Assembly (NCBI GenBank): GCA_963704305.1
Contig: OY969888.1
Location: 3,875,010 to 3,939,009 of the forward strand
Length of the DNA stretch: 64,000 nucleotides
DNA from: an uncultured Bacteroidota bacterium
GTDB lineage: Bacteria > Bacteroidota > Ignavibacteria > Kryptoniales > JAKASW01
Direction of reading: 5' to 3'
In this document: positions 28,703-39,157 of the stretch, in pieces
Layout of the letters: the number at the start of each line of letters is the position of its first letter
Numbering within the stretch: the first letter of the stretch is position 1
Translations under genes and position numbers: made by a program
The notes under the pieces: model-generated
Told to the model about the DNA's origin: nothing
What the model saw: only the letters and a program-made list of their open reading frames with translations
Databases searched by the model: none

Positions 28703-29001
28703 TATTTTTGCCTTCTAGAATATTGTTTGACCTCATTCTTAGTCGCTCTGCGTGCAGAGATGATTCGGATACTTGAACTCTCACTGTCAATCTCGCGGAA
28801 CGTGTGAATCACGACCAATGGAACTCCGTTTCGATCCTTCCCAATAGTAACCCATCGCTCTTCCTTTGAACTATGTTTGCCGTCATAGATAGATAACATA
28901 AATGGATCAAGAAAAATCTCAGCCGATCGCTCAAAAGAGACTCTGTGCTTCCTAAGGTTGTCCTCCGCCTTCCGCGGATCCCACTCAAAACAATATTCCA
29001 T
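28702..29001 (-). CDS. brnT: BrnT-family (DUF497) ribonuclease toxin
   Basis: FEWDPRKAEDNLRKHRVSFERSAEIFLDP...ERWVTIG...IRIISARRATKNEVKQY matches the BrnT/DUF497 pattern. Confidence 0.85.
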   Translation of the reverse strand: MEYCFEWDPRKAEDNLRKHRVSFERSAEIFLDPFMLSIYDGKHSSKEERWVTIGKDRNGVPLVVIHTFREIDSESSSIRIISARRATKNEVKQYSRRQK

Positions 29002-29157
29002 GGTTCGTGCTCAGACCTTACAAGAAGATACAGACCTTATGAGCGAAAATCCAAAACAATTTCGCATGACAGTCTTTCTGTAAACGAGGCATCCGGGTCC
29101 ATATTTATCGTCCGAAGAACCACGTTGGGAGAATCAATGCTCACCTTACGGTTATCA

Positions 29158-30102
29158 CTACATCCCGTGTCTCCGCTCGATGAGCTGAAATACTTTCTCG
29201 GATATTACTTTCATCTTCGGTCCGGCCTCACTCTCCGTGACCGGAGTGAAGCACGAGATGATGTATCTTGTTTTTCCGTTATCGACTATCCCGACATCGT
29301 TTGTCCAGTAACTCCACCATCCGGTCTTGTGATAGAACATTGCATTACGCGGAAGCCCTGCTGATATTTTCGTGGTGTCCAGCTGCCTTCCCAGGAGAAC
29401 TTTCAATTGCATGCTCACCCAAGGATTTACCAGCTGGTTACTGTATATCCGATACATGAAGTCGGCCGCGTGCAACGCACAGGTTTCAGTTCCTCTAATA
29501 GTTTTGTGCGCGGAATCTTCATATTCCCTGCTGAGAAATTTCCTCGTCACCTCGCTCCCATACCATCCGAACTGGTGCATCGTTTCATTGATGCTGTCTC
29601 TTGTCGCTACATCTATCAGACAATTTGCAGCCGAGTTGTCGCTTCTAGTGATCATCAAATCGAGAAGATAGTTAATCGTAACGGTATCTCCGGCATGAAG
29701 AATAGGCCGCGGATCCCAGTCGATCTGTCTCGAGAGATCAACTGGGTTAGGGAATTTTACTATGTATGGCGTGGTGAGATAATAATCTCCGTTGCTTATT
29801 TCCTTCAACACCTCCATCGCCACGTACATCTTGTAGACGCTGGCGGGATAAAGGAAACCATCGTAATGCACTCCGCCAAGAACCGGTTTGTCACCGCTCA
29901 AATCAACCACGGCAAAAGAAACTTGCTCCTTGCCGTCGGCGCCGACGTCAATTGTGCTGTCGAGTCCGACCGATTTGATAATTGTCAGGAGTGAATCCGA
30001 GAATTCGTTGTCGGTCGTGAAATATGCCGGTACTTTCACCTGCTGGGCAATGGCTGTAAATGTGACTTGTAGAAAAACAGTTAAGATCGCACTGAGCTTC
30101 AT
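29158..30102 (-). CDS. secreted serine hydrolase with class A beta-lactamase fold
   Basis: An internal ATG at 30102 gives the signal peptide MKLSAILTVFLQVTFTAIAQQ. Has the SxxK (ASVYK), SDN (RSDNSAAN) and KTG (HKTGWW) motifs. The track ORF extends to 30216 but that N-terminal extension looks spurious. Confidence 0.75.
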   Translation of the reverse strand: MKLSAILTVFLQVTFTAIAQQVKVPAYFTTDNEFSDSLLTIIKSVGLDSTIDVGADGKEQVSFAVVDLSGDKPVLGGVHYDGFLYPASVYKMYVAMEVLKEISNGDYYLTTPYIVKFPNPVDLSRQIDWDPRPILHAGDTVTINYLLDLMITRSDNSAANCLIDVATRDSINETMHQFGWYGSEVTRKFLSREYEDSAHKTIRGTETCALHAADFMYRIYSNQLVNPWVSMQLKVLLGRQLDTTKISAGLPRNAMFYHKTGWWSYWTNDVGIVDNGKTRYIISCFTPVTESEAGPKMKVISEKVFQLIERRHGM

Positions 30103-30402
30103 AGTATCTTTCGCTCTTAAGGTTATTATATGATCAAGAAAATGGAATAAAACTCCGTAACAACTACTTGTCTGGTAATTTGATGAGAAAAATAAATCGA
30201 TGCAATTGGGAAACAATTCAGCGGACGTGATCCGGCTAGTGGTCTGATGTGCTTGATTGTTGGAGTTAACAATAAAAAAAATGCAACGAGTAACCCGATA
30301 GCGCGACAGGGTTTCACAGCGACATCATTCTGAGATAGGAATTAATTCCGGTCGCCTTGATACGTCATTTTAGATAAGGTCGCTCACTTATGCAAAAGCA
30401 AG

Positions 30403-31665
30403 TTATTCCCTTTTACTCAGCACTCTGCTCTCATATTCCTGGATCGCCGGAATATACAAATGACCGATGGGAACGTTGTTGACCTCGCAATAATAGTCCC
30501 ATACGCTTGAGAATGGAAACGTCTTATATTCTTCGACGAGGGCTAACCGCTCAAAGTTCTGACCGTTGTTTTCATATTGGCGTAACAGATCCACAGGCGA
30601 AAGGAGCGCCATCAATACTGCCTTGAGCGCAGCGCGAGCGCCGATCACATATGCACCTATCCTGTTAATTGATGCATCGAAGAAATCCAGGCCGAGAGAG
30701 ACTTTGTTTAATTTGCCAGCCCAGACAATTTCCTGCATGAGCTCGACAACAGGATCGTTCATGACGACCACATGGTCGCTGTCCCATCGAACACTGCGCG
30801 TTATGTGAAACATCAGCTCGTCGATGTATTGAAACAATGACGACACCTTGTCCGCGCACGACTCGGTAGGATGAAAGTGACCTATGTCTACGCAGAGCAT
30901 GAGTTTGTTTACGATCGCATATCCTAAATAGAACTCGTGTGAACCGACCACATAAGCTTCGCTTCCGATGCCAAAGAGTTTGCTTTCGACCGAGTCGCGC
31001 ATGAATGTCGGATCGTACCGCTTCGCGAAGATTTTGTCAAGCGAATCGCGAAGAAGCTCCCTGTGATAATATCGATTCACAGTAATGTCCTTCGAACCGT
31101 CAGGTATCCAGAGGTTGTGGACTGTCCTCGATCCCAATTCTCTGCCAATGTACTCACTTATTTCTCGGCAGCGGATTGCATGTTCAATCCAGAATTCTCT
31201 TATCGATTTGTCTCTGTGCGCAAGTGTAAATCCATCTGACGCTTTCTCGTGAGAAAAGAAGGTCGAGTTGAAATCGATCCCGATTTTTTGCTGCATCGCC
31301 CAATCGACCCAGCTCTTGAAATGTTCGGGACAAATTTCATTGCGGTCAACCATTTTTCCGCCGAAGTCGCCGTAAATTGCGTGCATGTTTAACCGGTGCT
31401 TGCCGGGAAGGAGCGAGTAAACGAACTCGAGATCGCTGCGAAGCTCTTCGATGTTTCGTGCCCTGCCGGGATAACTCCCAGTAGCCTGAATGCCGCCGCC
31501 TTCGAGTACGGCACCGGGTTTTTCGAATCCGCAGACGTCGTCTGCCTGCCAGCAATGAAGAGATAATGAAACAGATTGCAATCTCTTCAATGCGTCATCG
31601 GTATTTACTCCGATTTCCGCGTATCTCTGCTTTGCCACTCCGTATAATCGCTCGATTTCAGTCAT
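30403..31665 (-). CDS. rhaA: L-rhamnose isomerase
   Basis: MTEIERLYGVAKQRYAEIGVNTDDALKRL...SLHCWQADDV...VDIGHFHPTE. The ATG at 31665 avoids an overlap with rhaB. The track ORF extends to 31749. Confidence 0.9.
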   Translation of the reverse strand: MTEIERLYGVAKQRYAEIGVNTDDALKRLQSVSLSLHCWQADDVCGFEKPGAVLEGGGIQATGSYPGRARNIEELRSDLEFVYSLLPGKHRLNMHAIYGDFGGKMVDRNEICPEHFKSWVDWAMQQKIGIDFNSTFFSHEKASDGFTLAHRDKSIREFWIEHAIRCREISEYIGRELGSRTVHNLWIPDGSKDITVNRYYHRELLRDSLDKIFAKRYDPTFMRDSVESKLFGIGSEAYVVGSHEFYLGYAIVNKLMLCVDIGHFHPTESCADKVSSLFQYIDELMFHITRSVRWDSDHVVVMNDPVVELMQEIVWAGKLNKVSLGLDFFDASINRIGAYVIGARAALKAVLMALLSPVDLLRQYENNGQNFERLALVEEYKTFPFSSVWDYYCEVNNVPIGHLYIPAIQEYESRVLSKRE

Positions 31666-31684
31666 GCCGACGTCTTTCCTCTCG

Positions 31685-33160
31685 TCAGTTGTCGTTGAAT
31701 CTCGTCTTCCGGAATACTGCGTTCCACCTGTCCGGATTTTTCGGCTCATAAAACTTCACCTGAAAGGAGTCCGACACAATTTTTCTTCCTTCGCGAAGCG
31801 ACTTTATTTTTCCTCTTGCGATGGCCTGGACAAGAATATTCCCGATAGCAGTTGCCTCGACCGGTCCGGCGATTACCGGAATCCCGCAGGCATCTGCAGT
31901 AAACTGATTTAGGATCTCGTTTTGCGAGCCCCCACCCACAATATGCAACCGCTTAATCGTCCTGCCGGTCATTTCATTGATGCTTCCGATAACTGATTTG
32001 TATTTGAGGGCAAGACTTTCCAGGATACATCTCACAAATTCGCCTTTGCTTGCCGGCACCGGCTGACCGGTTCGCCGGCAGAAATGTGCGATCGCTTCGG
32101 GCATGTCGGGCGGATTTAGAAAGGAAACATCGTCAGGATCGACAATCGATCTGAATTCTTCCGCATCGAGTGCCAACCTCGCAAGCTGATCGTAGGAAAA
32201 ATTCTCGCGATGCTCTTCCCAGCTTTTACGCGTCTGCTGAAGGAGCCAGAGTCCCATCACGTTCGACAGGAGCCTGATCGTGCCGAAGACTCCGCCCTCG
32301 TTCGTGAAATTATTCTTAAGAGATTGTCCGGTGATAACCGGTTCAGGCGTCTCGATTCCAATCAGCGACCATGTCCCGGAGCTAAGGTAAGCCCAGTTGG
32401 CCTGCTGTGCAGGGACCGCCGCTATCGCGCTCGCCGTGTCGTGGCAGCCGACGGCAACAACGTCGACATCTCCCAAGCCGACCGCGCTCCCAATCTCAGG
32501 AAGTAGTCTTCCGATCACCGTTCCCGGCATTACTATCGGAGCCATGATATCCTGCCGAATGCCGAGCGCTGAAAAGATTCTGTCGTCGAAGGATTTTGTC
32601 TTCACGTTCAGAAGCTGGGAAGTCGACGCAATTGTATATTCGCTCTTCTTTATTCCCGTAAGCATGAAGTTGAATAGATCGGGCATGAACAAAATCTTGT
32701 CGCAACAGCCGAGAAGATCTTCGTTAGACAACCTGGCGCTGTAAAGCTGGTAAATGGAATTGAGCTGCATGAACTGGATACCGGTAATTGAATAGATTTC
32801 ATCTTTAGGTATTATCCCGAATACCTGTTCCATGATGCCGTCCGTTCGAGAATCGCGGTAGCAATAAGGAAAGCTGAGTATCGCGTTGTTCTTGTCCACC
32901 AATCCGAAATCGACACCCCAGGTGTCTATCCCGATCGATTCAATATCGCGGTGACCCTTTTGAACGGCAATCCTCAGGCCGGTCTTTATTTCTTCAAACA
33001 ACGCGAGGACATCCCAATGCAGATGTCCGAGGATTTTAGTTTGCCTGTTCGGGAAGCGGTGAATCTCTTCGATAGAGATTTTCCCGCCGTCGAGAATGCC
33101 GACGACTGCTCTTCCGCTCTCGGCACCGAAATCAAATGCGAGATATTTCGAGATGCTCAT
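31685..33160 (-). CDS. rhaB: rhamnulokinase (FGGY family)
   Basis: N-terminal LAFDFGAESGRAVVG, FGGY C-terminal HIVGGGSQNEILNQFTADA, and a position next to rhaA. Confidence 0.9.
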   Translation of the reverse strand: MSISKYLAFDFGAESGRAVVGILDGGKISIEEIHRFPNRQTKILGHLHWDVLALFEEIKTGLRIAVQKGHRDIESIGIDTWGVDFGLVDKNNAILSFPYCYRDSRTDGIMEQVFGIIPKDEIYSITGIQFMQLNSIYQLYSARLSNEDLLGCCDKILFMPDLFNFMLTGIKKSEYTIASTSQLLNVKTKSFDDRIFSALGIRQDIMAPIVMPGTVIGRLLPEIGSAVGLGDVDVVAVGCHDTASAIAAVPAQQANWAYLSSGTWSLIGIETPEPVITGQSLKNNFTNEGGVFGTIRLLSNVMGLWLLQQTRKSWEEHRENFSYDQLARLALDAEEFRSIVDPDDVSFLNPPDMPEAIAHFCRRTGQPVPASKGEFVRCILESLALKYKSVIGSINEMTGRTIKRLHIVGGGSQNEILNQFTADACGIPVIAGPVEATAIGNILVQAIARGKIKSLREGRKIVSDSFQVKFYEPKNPDRWNAVFRKTRFNDN

Positions 33161-33249
33161 CTGAACTCTTCATGGAGTAAGTGTCAAAAGTCAGGCCGTA
33201 TTAGAGATTCTCCAACAGATCAAGTGAAAGTGTGCGACGTATTCCTTTT

Positions 33250-33930
33250 TTACTCTTCTATCTTCAGGACTACGAGTTTTCGCGGGCCATGTGCACCAAG
33301 CACCAGAACTTTCTCAATGTCAGCCGTTCGACTCGGCCCGGTGATGAAAACCATATTCTTCGTTTCCGCCGGATCCATTTTCTCGAACAGCTCAAATTGG
33401 TTGGCGACGATCTGGTTTTGAAAGACAACTGCAAAGGCATTGTCGCATAGAAAGTGAGGATAGGTTGTCCCGGTTTGCGCGTACGGAAAGACGAGCGAGC
33501 CGATGTCTGCTACCGCAAACGCAGGATGCACGACCGAAGCTTCCGTGATAGAATACTCTCTCTTGCGTCTTTCGTATGTCAGCACATCCGGCAATACGAT
33601 TTCCACGGCGCCGGATTTCTTTTGAATGATCTTGGCAACATCAGAACATATTTCTTCTTTGCTGATCCCTAAACGCCGGTACTTCGCCTCATTCAAAAAC
33701 TTCGACACAATCTCCGCAACTCCGTCGACGTTTTTTACAGAATAAAATTCTCCGGAGATCGCTATCAGTTCCTTTTCGAATTGAGACCAGAGCCCTGCTT
33801 TGTCCTTCGGCGTTATCGAATCAATTCCAATCTTGATCTTCCTCTCGATGCCGTCTTCGGCAGTACAGATCTCCGAAGGAGTTTTGAGGGCATCTTTTAT
33901 TCTGTTCAATATAGCTTCGCGGCTACTCAT
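33250..33930 (-). CDS. lutC: lactate utilisation protein C
   Basis: 226 aa starting MSSREAILNRIKDAL, LUD-domain-like, immediately downstream of lutB with a 4-nt overlap. Confidence 0.8.
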   Translation of the reverse strand: MSSREAILNRIKDALKTPSEICTAEDGIERKIKIGIDSITPKDKAGLWSQFEKELIAISGEFYSVKNVDGVAEIVSKFLNEAKYRRLGISKEEICSDVAKIIQKKSGAVEIVLPDVLTYERRKREYSITEASVVHPAFAVADIGSLVFPYAQTGTTYPHFLCDNAFAVVFQNQIVANQFELFEKMDPAETKNMVFITGPSRTADIEKVLVLGAHGPRKLVVLKIEE

Positions 33931-35327
33931 CGTACTGTGTCGTTCATTTCTTTGAACCGCTTTCTAAACCCTTTCGGATCGAATCGAGGAAACTCTCTTT
34001 GTTTGTAATATCCTGGAACCGGAAGGTGGACTTTCTTAGGCACGAGTCTCTGAAGCATTGCCGGTAACACGCTAGCGAACCGATACAACCCCGGTCGTGA
34101 AGCGAAAAAGGACCACAGCTTGAAACCGAACTTGTCCACCGGTTTTGCGTTGCCAGACTCGACCACACGGTTTCGAAGTGTGAGAAGATGGTTCGGCAAA
34201 TTTATCTTCACCGGGCAGACATCGTAACAGGCACCACACAAACTCGAAAGGAATGGAGAGTATCTTCCTTCCGATTCGCCGAGGTATTGTGGGATGAGCG
34301 TCGCGCCGATCGGACCCATGTAAACCCAGCCATAAGCATGTCCGCCTATCTGTTGATATACCGGGCAGACATTCAGACAGGCGCCGCAGCGGATACAAAA
34401 CAACGTCTCTCGCAGCTTAGGATCCCTGAGGACTTTTGTTCTTCCGTTATCAAGAAGGATTATGTGAACCTGCTCGGGGCCCTCGCCAATTTTTTCCCTG
34501 GTCGGTCCGCCGACAAAGTTAACGTAAGTTGATGACTTCTGTCCTGTCGCGCTCGCAGGAAGCAGTTTCAGAAAATACGGCAGCAACTTTACGTCAGGGA
34601 TAATCTTCTCCAGCCCCATGACGGCGACATGTATCTTCGGCAGACTCAGCGTATTGTGTGCGTTAGCCTCGTTCTCCACGATACAGAAGCTTCCCGATAA
34701 AGCAAACGCAAAGTTAACACCGGTTATTCCCATATCGGCTGAAAGAAATTTCTCGCGCAAAATCTTTCGTGCGATCTTCAGGAGCTCCACCGGCTCTTCG
34801 GTATACTCGACTCCAAGTGAGCGAGAAAAAAGCTTACCGATGTCCTTTCGGCTGAGATGCATCGCGGGAATTATCAGATGAGATGGAATCTGTTTGTTCA
34901 GCTGGACGATGTATTCGCCGAGGTCGGTCTCAAGTGCCTCGATTCCGTTCTGGGTGAGAAAATCATTTAAATGAATTTCTTCCGTGGTCAGCGATTTTGA
35001 TTTCACTACTTTTTTTACATCGTTCGCTTTAGCGATTCTAAGAATTATCGATCTGGCATCATCCGCATCTTCAGCCCAGTGGACTTTTATTCCATTTTTC
35101 GTGCAACTCTCTTCGAAGTGTTCGAGATAGATGTCAAGGTGCTCGACAACGTCTTTTTTTATCAAATGTGCTTTGGAGCGGAGCTCTTCCCAGTATGGAA
35201 TCTGATCAACTATTTTCTGCCGTGATTCTGTGGAGGAATCGGTCGCCTTGTCTACTGCCCGGCGCAAGTCCGTGTTCTGCAATGCATCATGGATCAGTTC
35301 TTTCGTCTGGAGCGGAGAAGTTTTCAT
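33927..35327 (-). CDS. lutB: lactate utilisation protein B (iron-sulfur)
   Basis: 466 aa with two ferredoxin-type clusters, CIRCGACLNVCP and LCGACYDVCP. Confidence 0.9.
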   Translation of the reverse strand: MKTSPLQTKELIHDALQNTDLRRAVDKATDSSTESRQKIVDQIPYWEELRSKAHLIKKDVVEHLDIYLEHFEESCTKNGIKVHWAEDADDARSIILRIAKANDVKKVVKSKSLTTEEIHLNDFLTQNGIEALETDLGEYIVQLNKQIPSHLIIPAMHLSRKDIGKLFSRSLGVEYTEEPVELLKIARKILREKFLSADMGITGVNFAFALSGSFCIVENEANAHNTLSLPKIHVAVMGLEKIIPDVKLLPYFLKLLPASATGQKSSTYVNFVGGPTREKIGEGPEQVHIILLDNGRTKVLRDPKLRETLFCIRCGACLNVCPVYQQIGGHAYGWVYMGPIGATLIPQYLGESEGRYSPFLSSLCGACYDVCPVKINLPNHLLTLRNRVVESGNAKPVDKFGFKLWSFFASRPGLYRFASVLPAMLQRLVPKKVHLPVPGYYKQREFPRFDPKGFRKRFKEMNDTVR

Positions 35328-35340
35328 CTATCGCCACGCA

Positions 35341-36084
35341 TTACAATCGTAAACTTTCCGCAAGCAGATCGGCGATGTGCATCGTCTTGGCATGCATCCT
35401 GTGTTTGCGCAGATAACCTTCAATGTTCATCAGGCAGCTCGAGTCGACACCGACGCAAAACTCCGCGCCGCTCTCTTCAACGTAGCGGCATTTGCGTTCG
35501 ACCATCGCGACCGACAGGTCTTCGAACTTATACGAGAACGTTCCACCAAACCCACAGCAGGTGTCTGGCTTCTCCATCTCGACGAACTCGATATCCTTGA
35601 TTCCGTTGATGAGCCGACGCGGCTGATCGTCAACACCGAGTACGCGAAGAGGATGACATGAATCATGGTACGTAACTCTGTGCCTGAATTCACCGCCGAC
35701 GTTTTCAATGTGCAACACATCGACTAAGAATTCGGAAAACTCGAACACTCTCCCCTCGAGCCGAGTCAATGCCGGCTTTAATTCGTCGCGTATATCGAGA
35801 TCGCGGTAGTATTCTTTCACAAACGAAACGCATGAGCCGGACGGTGCAACTACATACTCCTTGTCTTCAAACAATCGGATGAATTGCTCCGCTACAGGAA
35901 CGACTTCATTTCTGTAGCCTGAATTGAATGCCGGCTGGCCGCAGCAGGTCTGGTTCTCTACGTATTCCACTTCGACGCCGAGATGCCTGAGCACTTTCAC
36001 CATCGATATTCCGCTCTGCGGAAAGAGATGTTCGGTCAGACATGGAATGAAGAGAGCTACTTTCATCCTATTTCGGAGAGTCAC
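35341..36084 (-). CDS. lutA: lactate utilisation protein A ((Fe-S) oxidoreductase, CCG domains)
   Basis: 247 aa with duplicated CCG motifs, [13 protein letters not shown] and DTCCGFGG. Confidence 0.9.
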   Translation of the reverse strand: MTLRNRMKVALFIPCLTEHLFPQSGISMVKVLRHLGVEVEYVENQTCCGQPAFNSGYRNEVVPVAEQFIRLFEDKEYVVAPSGSCVSFVKEYYRDLDIRDELKPALTRLEGRVFEFSEFLVDVLHIENVGGEFRHRVTYHDSCHPLRVLGVDDQPRRLINGIKDIEFVEMEKPDTCCGFGGTFSYKFEDLSVAMVERKCRYVEESGAEFCVGVDSSCLMNIEGYLRKHRMHAKTMHIADLLAESLRL

Positions 36085-37893
36085 TGCTTATTGTAAAGTG
36101 GCCCGAAATTCTTGCAAGCTCTGAAGTCCGCGCCCTCGAGTTCTTCAGTTCCGAACGCGTTCCATGCGCTCGGCCTGTAAATCCTTTCCTGCGAAACGTT
36201 GTGCATGTTGACAGGTATCCTCAACATCGAAGCGAGCGTGATCAACTTGTCTCCGATATGTCCGTAGCTGATGGCACCGTGGTTCGCGCCCCAATTAGCC
36301 ATGACGGAATAAACATCCTTGAATGCGCCGCTTCCTGTGAGAATCGGAGCGAACCAGGTTGTGGGCCACGTCGGGTTCGTCCTGCGGTCCAGTATTCGAT
36401 TGACATCGCCGGGAAGGTCGACGGTATATCCTTCGGCGATCTGCAGGACAGGACCGAATCCCTTGACAAGATTCACTCGGCTCATCGTAACCGGCATTTC
36501 ACCTTCGGTGAGGAACTGTGAAGAGAAACCGCCGCCGCGGAAATATTCTCTTATCGCCGGGCACCATCGAGTCGCCTCCAAACATGCCGACACATCTTGC
36601 GAGGTGATTTCCCAGAACGGCTTCATTACCGGTTTACTCTTCGACCGCTGTTTGCCGGTTCCATCGAGAGTCGTGGAGCCGGAATTGATCAGATGAAGAA
36701 TTCCTCCGGCAGCTCTTCCCTTCAACGTTTTCCCACTCACTCTTTTCACCGCGGCGGGGCTCCAATATGTCCGGAACGTCTGAAAAAATCTGTGCGGTGT
36801 TTGTGAGAAGATGACCGAAGAGCATAGCAGTTCCGTTGAGACTGTCATTCTCGGTCGCCATGACGAACGGCTCCCGTATGCCGTTCCAGTCAAACGAAGA
36901 ATTAAGAATGGCTTCGAGGAAATCTCCGTTGGGGAAATGGTCGGTCCATTGCCGCTGTCCCTGGAATCCTGCGACGATCGCGTTATGACCGAGAGCTTCC
37001 TCACCGAAACCGAGTTCCACAAGTTTTGGATTGCCGACCATCAGATCACGCGCGATGATCGCCATCTTGACAACAGTTTCCCACTCATGTTCCTTTCGTT
37101 CACGAGAAGATTTTTCCGTGTTGAGGTCATCCCCTTCTTTGCAATGCTTCTTGGTCCATGCCAGCGCTTTATGATATTCTTCTTCATCGTAGATCTTTTC
37201 ATCGATGCGCCTGGCAAGCTCGGACATATCGACATATTCATTTCGCATTCCCAGGTAATCGTAGAAAAAATTGGAGTCAACAACCGAGCCCGCGATTCCC
37301 ATCGAGACGGAACCGATGGAGAGATAGGACTTCCCCTTCATTTCTGCGACAGCTAATCCGGCTTTCGCAAACCGGAGAAGTTTCTCCCTTACATCAACAG
37401 GAACTGTAGTGTCGTCCGCCTCCTGGACGTCTCTTCCATAAATACCGAACGTGGGCAAACCCTTTTGCGTGTATCCCGCAAGCGCCGCAGCAAGATACAC
37501 GGCGCCTGGGCGCTCCGTTCCGTTGAATCCCCACACTGCTTTCGGGACGAGCGGGTCGGAGTCCATCACTTCAGTTCCATAACACCAGCAAGGCGTCACT
37601 GTCAGCGAAACACCCACACCTTCGCGAGCAAAAAGCTCCGCGCATTCGGCAGCCTCGGCCGCCCGGCCTATTGTTGTCCGGGAAATGACACTTTCGACAG
37701 GCAATCCATTCGAATGGCGCAAGTTCTCGGTCAATAATTTCGCAGCCGCTCTCGCCATCGACATCGTCTGATTCTCGAGAGATTCCCGCACACCTTTCAT
37801 TCTTCCGTCAATGACAGGTCGAATACCTATCTTCGGCATGCTGCCGCGGAGCCGGTTCGTAGGTGGATTCATCTCAAAGACATCTTTGCTCAT
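36081..37893 (-). pseudogene. fucI: L-fucose isomerase split by an apparent 1-nt insertion (or sequencing error)
   Basis: Two overlapping track ORFs in different frames are together colinear with E. coli FucI. Frame A ends the homology at ...[11 protein letters not shown] and frame B resumes at [12 protein letters not shown]. The junction is GTT-C-CGG (extra C; gg at 36773-36774 on the plus strand). Span is 1813 nt, i.e. 3n+1. ATG at 37893 follows GGAG and the ackA stop. Confidence 0.9.
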
Positions 37894-37894
37894 C

Positions 37895-39109
37895 TCAGTC
37901 TCCTGACGTTTCTGACAATTGTAATTCTTCAATTACTTTTTTGGTTTCTCTCGCAACGACAAGCTCTTCGTTCGTCTCAAGAACAAGTGCCGAAATCTTC
38001 GAATCGGTTGCCGAAATAATCTGTTCGTTGCCGCGGTTCTTTATATTATCTAATTTCATTCCGAGGAATGCAAGCGACTTCAGCACATCTTCGCGCAGCT
38101 CGGAATCCCGTTGTCCTATCCCGCCGGTAAATGTGATTGCATCCAGGCCTTCCATGATCACGATGAATTCACCGATGTAGCGCTTTACATCGTAGATAAA
38201 CTTGTTGCGGGCAAGAAGCGCTCGCTTGTTTCCACCTCTGATTGCTTCTTTGATGTCCCGCATATCCGCAGATATTCCGGAGAGGCCGGCGAGACCGCCG
38301 TTCTTCGTACATTCCTTCAATGCATCGTCAAGGGATATGTTCTTCTTCTTCATGATGTAAGGAAACACAAATGGGTCGATGTCGCCGACACGCGTTCCCT
38401 GGATCAGTCCGGATTGCGGAGTAAATCCCATCGACGTGTCGACCGCCACGCCATTTTTGAATGCACACAGCGACGAAGAGCCTCCGAGATGACATGTGAT
38501 TACTTTATGATTGTCCCGTGGGAGACCAAGAATCTCGACGGTCTTGCCGGTGACGTAACGATGCGATGAGCCATGATAACCGTACTTGACGACGCCGCAT
38601 CTTTCGAACCACTCGTAAGGGGTTCCGTAAACTTTTGCATAATCCGGTGCGTTGATATGGAACCCAGGTTCAAAGACCCCCACTAACTTCGTATCGGGAA
38701 GGAGTTTTTTGAACATGTAGATGGCCGTCAGATATGGTGGGTTGTGCGCGGGAGCTAGGTCGCTGTAATCTTCCATTGCCTGCAAGACATCGTCGGTCAG
38801 CAGAACAGACCCATTCCTGTCTCCCGCCTGAATTGTCTTGAAGCCGATGCCGTCAATTTCATCAAGGCTCTCGAGAAGATCGAATTTCTTGTCGACAAGA
38901 ACCCGGAGAGCATGTTCAACGGCTTCACGATGCGAAGGGATATTCATCTCATCCGAAAATACTGTCTCTTCGCCGATCCGGTATGCGACAGCTGCCTTTT
39001 CACTGCCGACGCGTTCGGTATAACCGCGCGCTATCATCGTCTCGTCGGTCATATCGAGCAGCTGAAACTTAAAGCTGGTCGAACCGATATTGCAGACGAT
39101 GATCTTCAT
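37895..39109 (-). CDS. ackA: acetate/propionate-type acyl kinase
   Basis: [17 protein letters not shown]..., HLGGSSS, and [11 protein letters not shown]. Confidence 0.9.
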   Translation of the reverse strand: MKIIVCNIGSTSFKFQLLDMTDETMIARGYTERVGSEKAAVAYRIGEETVFSDEMNIPSHREAVEHALRVLVDKKFDLLESLDEIDGIGFKTIQAGDRNGSVLLTDDVLQAMEDYSDLAPAHNPPYLTAIYMFKKLLPDTKLVGVFEPGFHINAPDYAKVYGTPYEWFERCGVVKYGYHGSSHRYVTGKTVEILGLPRDNHKVITCHLGGSSSLCAFKNGVAVDTSMGFTPQSGLIQGTRVGDIDPFVFPYIMKKKNISLDDALKECTKNGGLAGLSGISADMRDIKEAIRGGNKRALLARNKFIYDVKRYIGEFIVIMEGLDAITFTGGIGQRDSELREDVLKSLAFLGMKLDNIKNRGNEQIISATDSKISALVLETNEELVVARETKKVIEELQLSETSGD

Positions 39110-39157
39110 ATTCGTGTCGCGAGCTTAAGCCCGTGGCTGGATAAAATCATCCTCAAC

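Noticed and set aside
29158-30216. Full-length 352-aa version of the beta-lactamase-fold ORF
   Set aside because: The first 38 codons precede a perfect signal peptide starting at the ATG at 30102, so the extension is most likely non-coding.
26776-30402. Classical integrative element using tRNA-Ser as its att site and spanning the whole accessory patch
   Set aside because: There is no recombinase gene. The tRNA-end repeat recurs only at 27134, not at the distal border near 30.3 kb, so only the small GIY-YIG cassette is actually bracketed.
31666-31749. N-terminal extension of rhaA overlapping the rhaB 3' end
   Set aside because: The family N-terminus (MTEIERLYG...) starts at 31665. The extension is Arg/Thr-rich junk that overlaps the rhaB stop.
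36770-36800. Programmed ribosomal frameshift in fucI, suggested by the run A-TTT-TTT-C just upstream
   Set aside because: Homology stays in the original frame for four more codons (S-D-V) after the T-run and switches at GTT-C-CGG, which is not a known slippery or shifty-stop context. A simple indel is the better explanation.
36081-37932. Treating 36081-37022 and 36634-37932 as two separate overlapping genes
   Set aside because: Each carries one contiguous part of FucI. The non-homologous portions are exactly the out-of-frame overlaps, so this is one gene with a frameshift.
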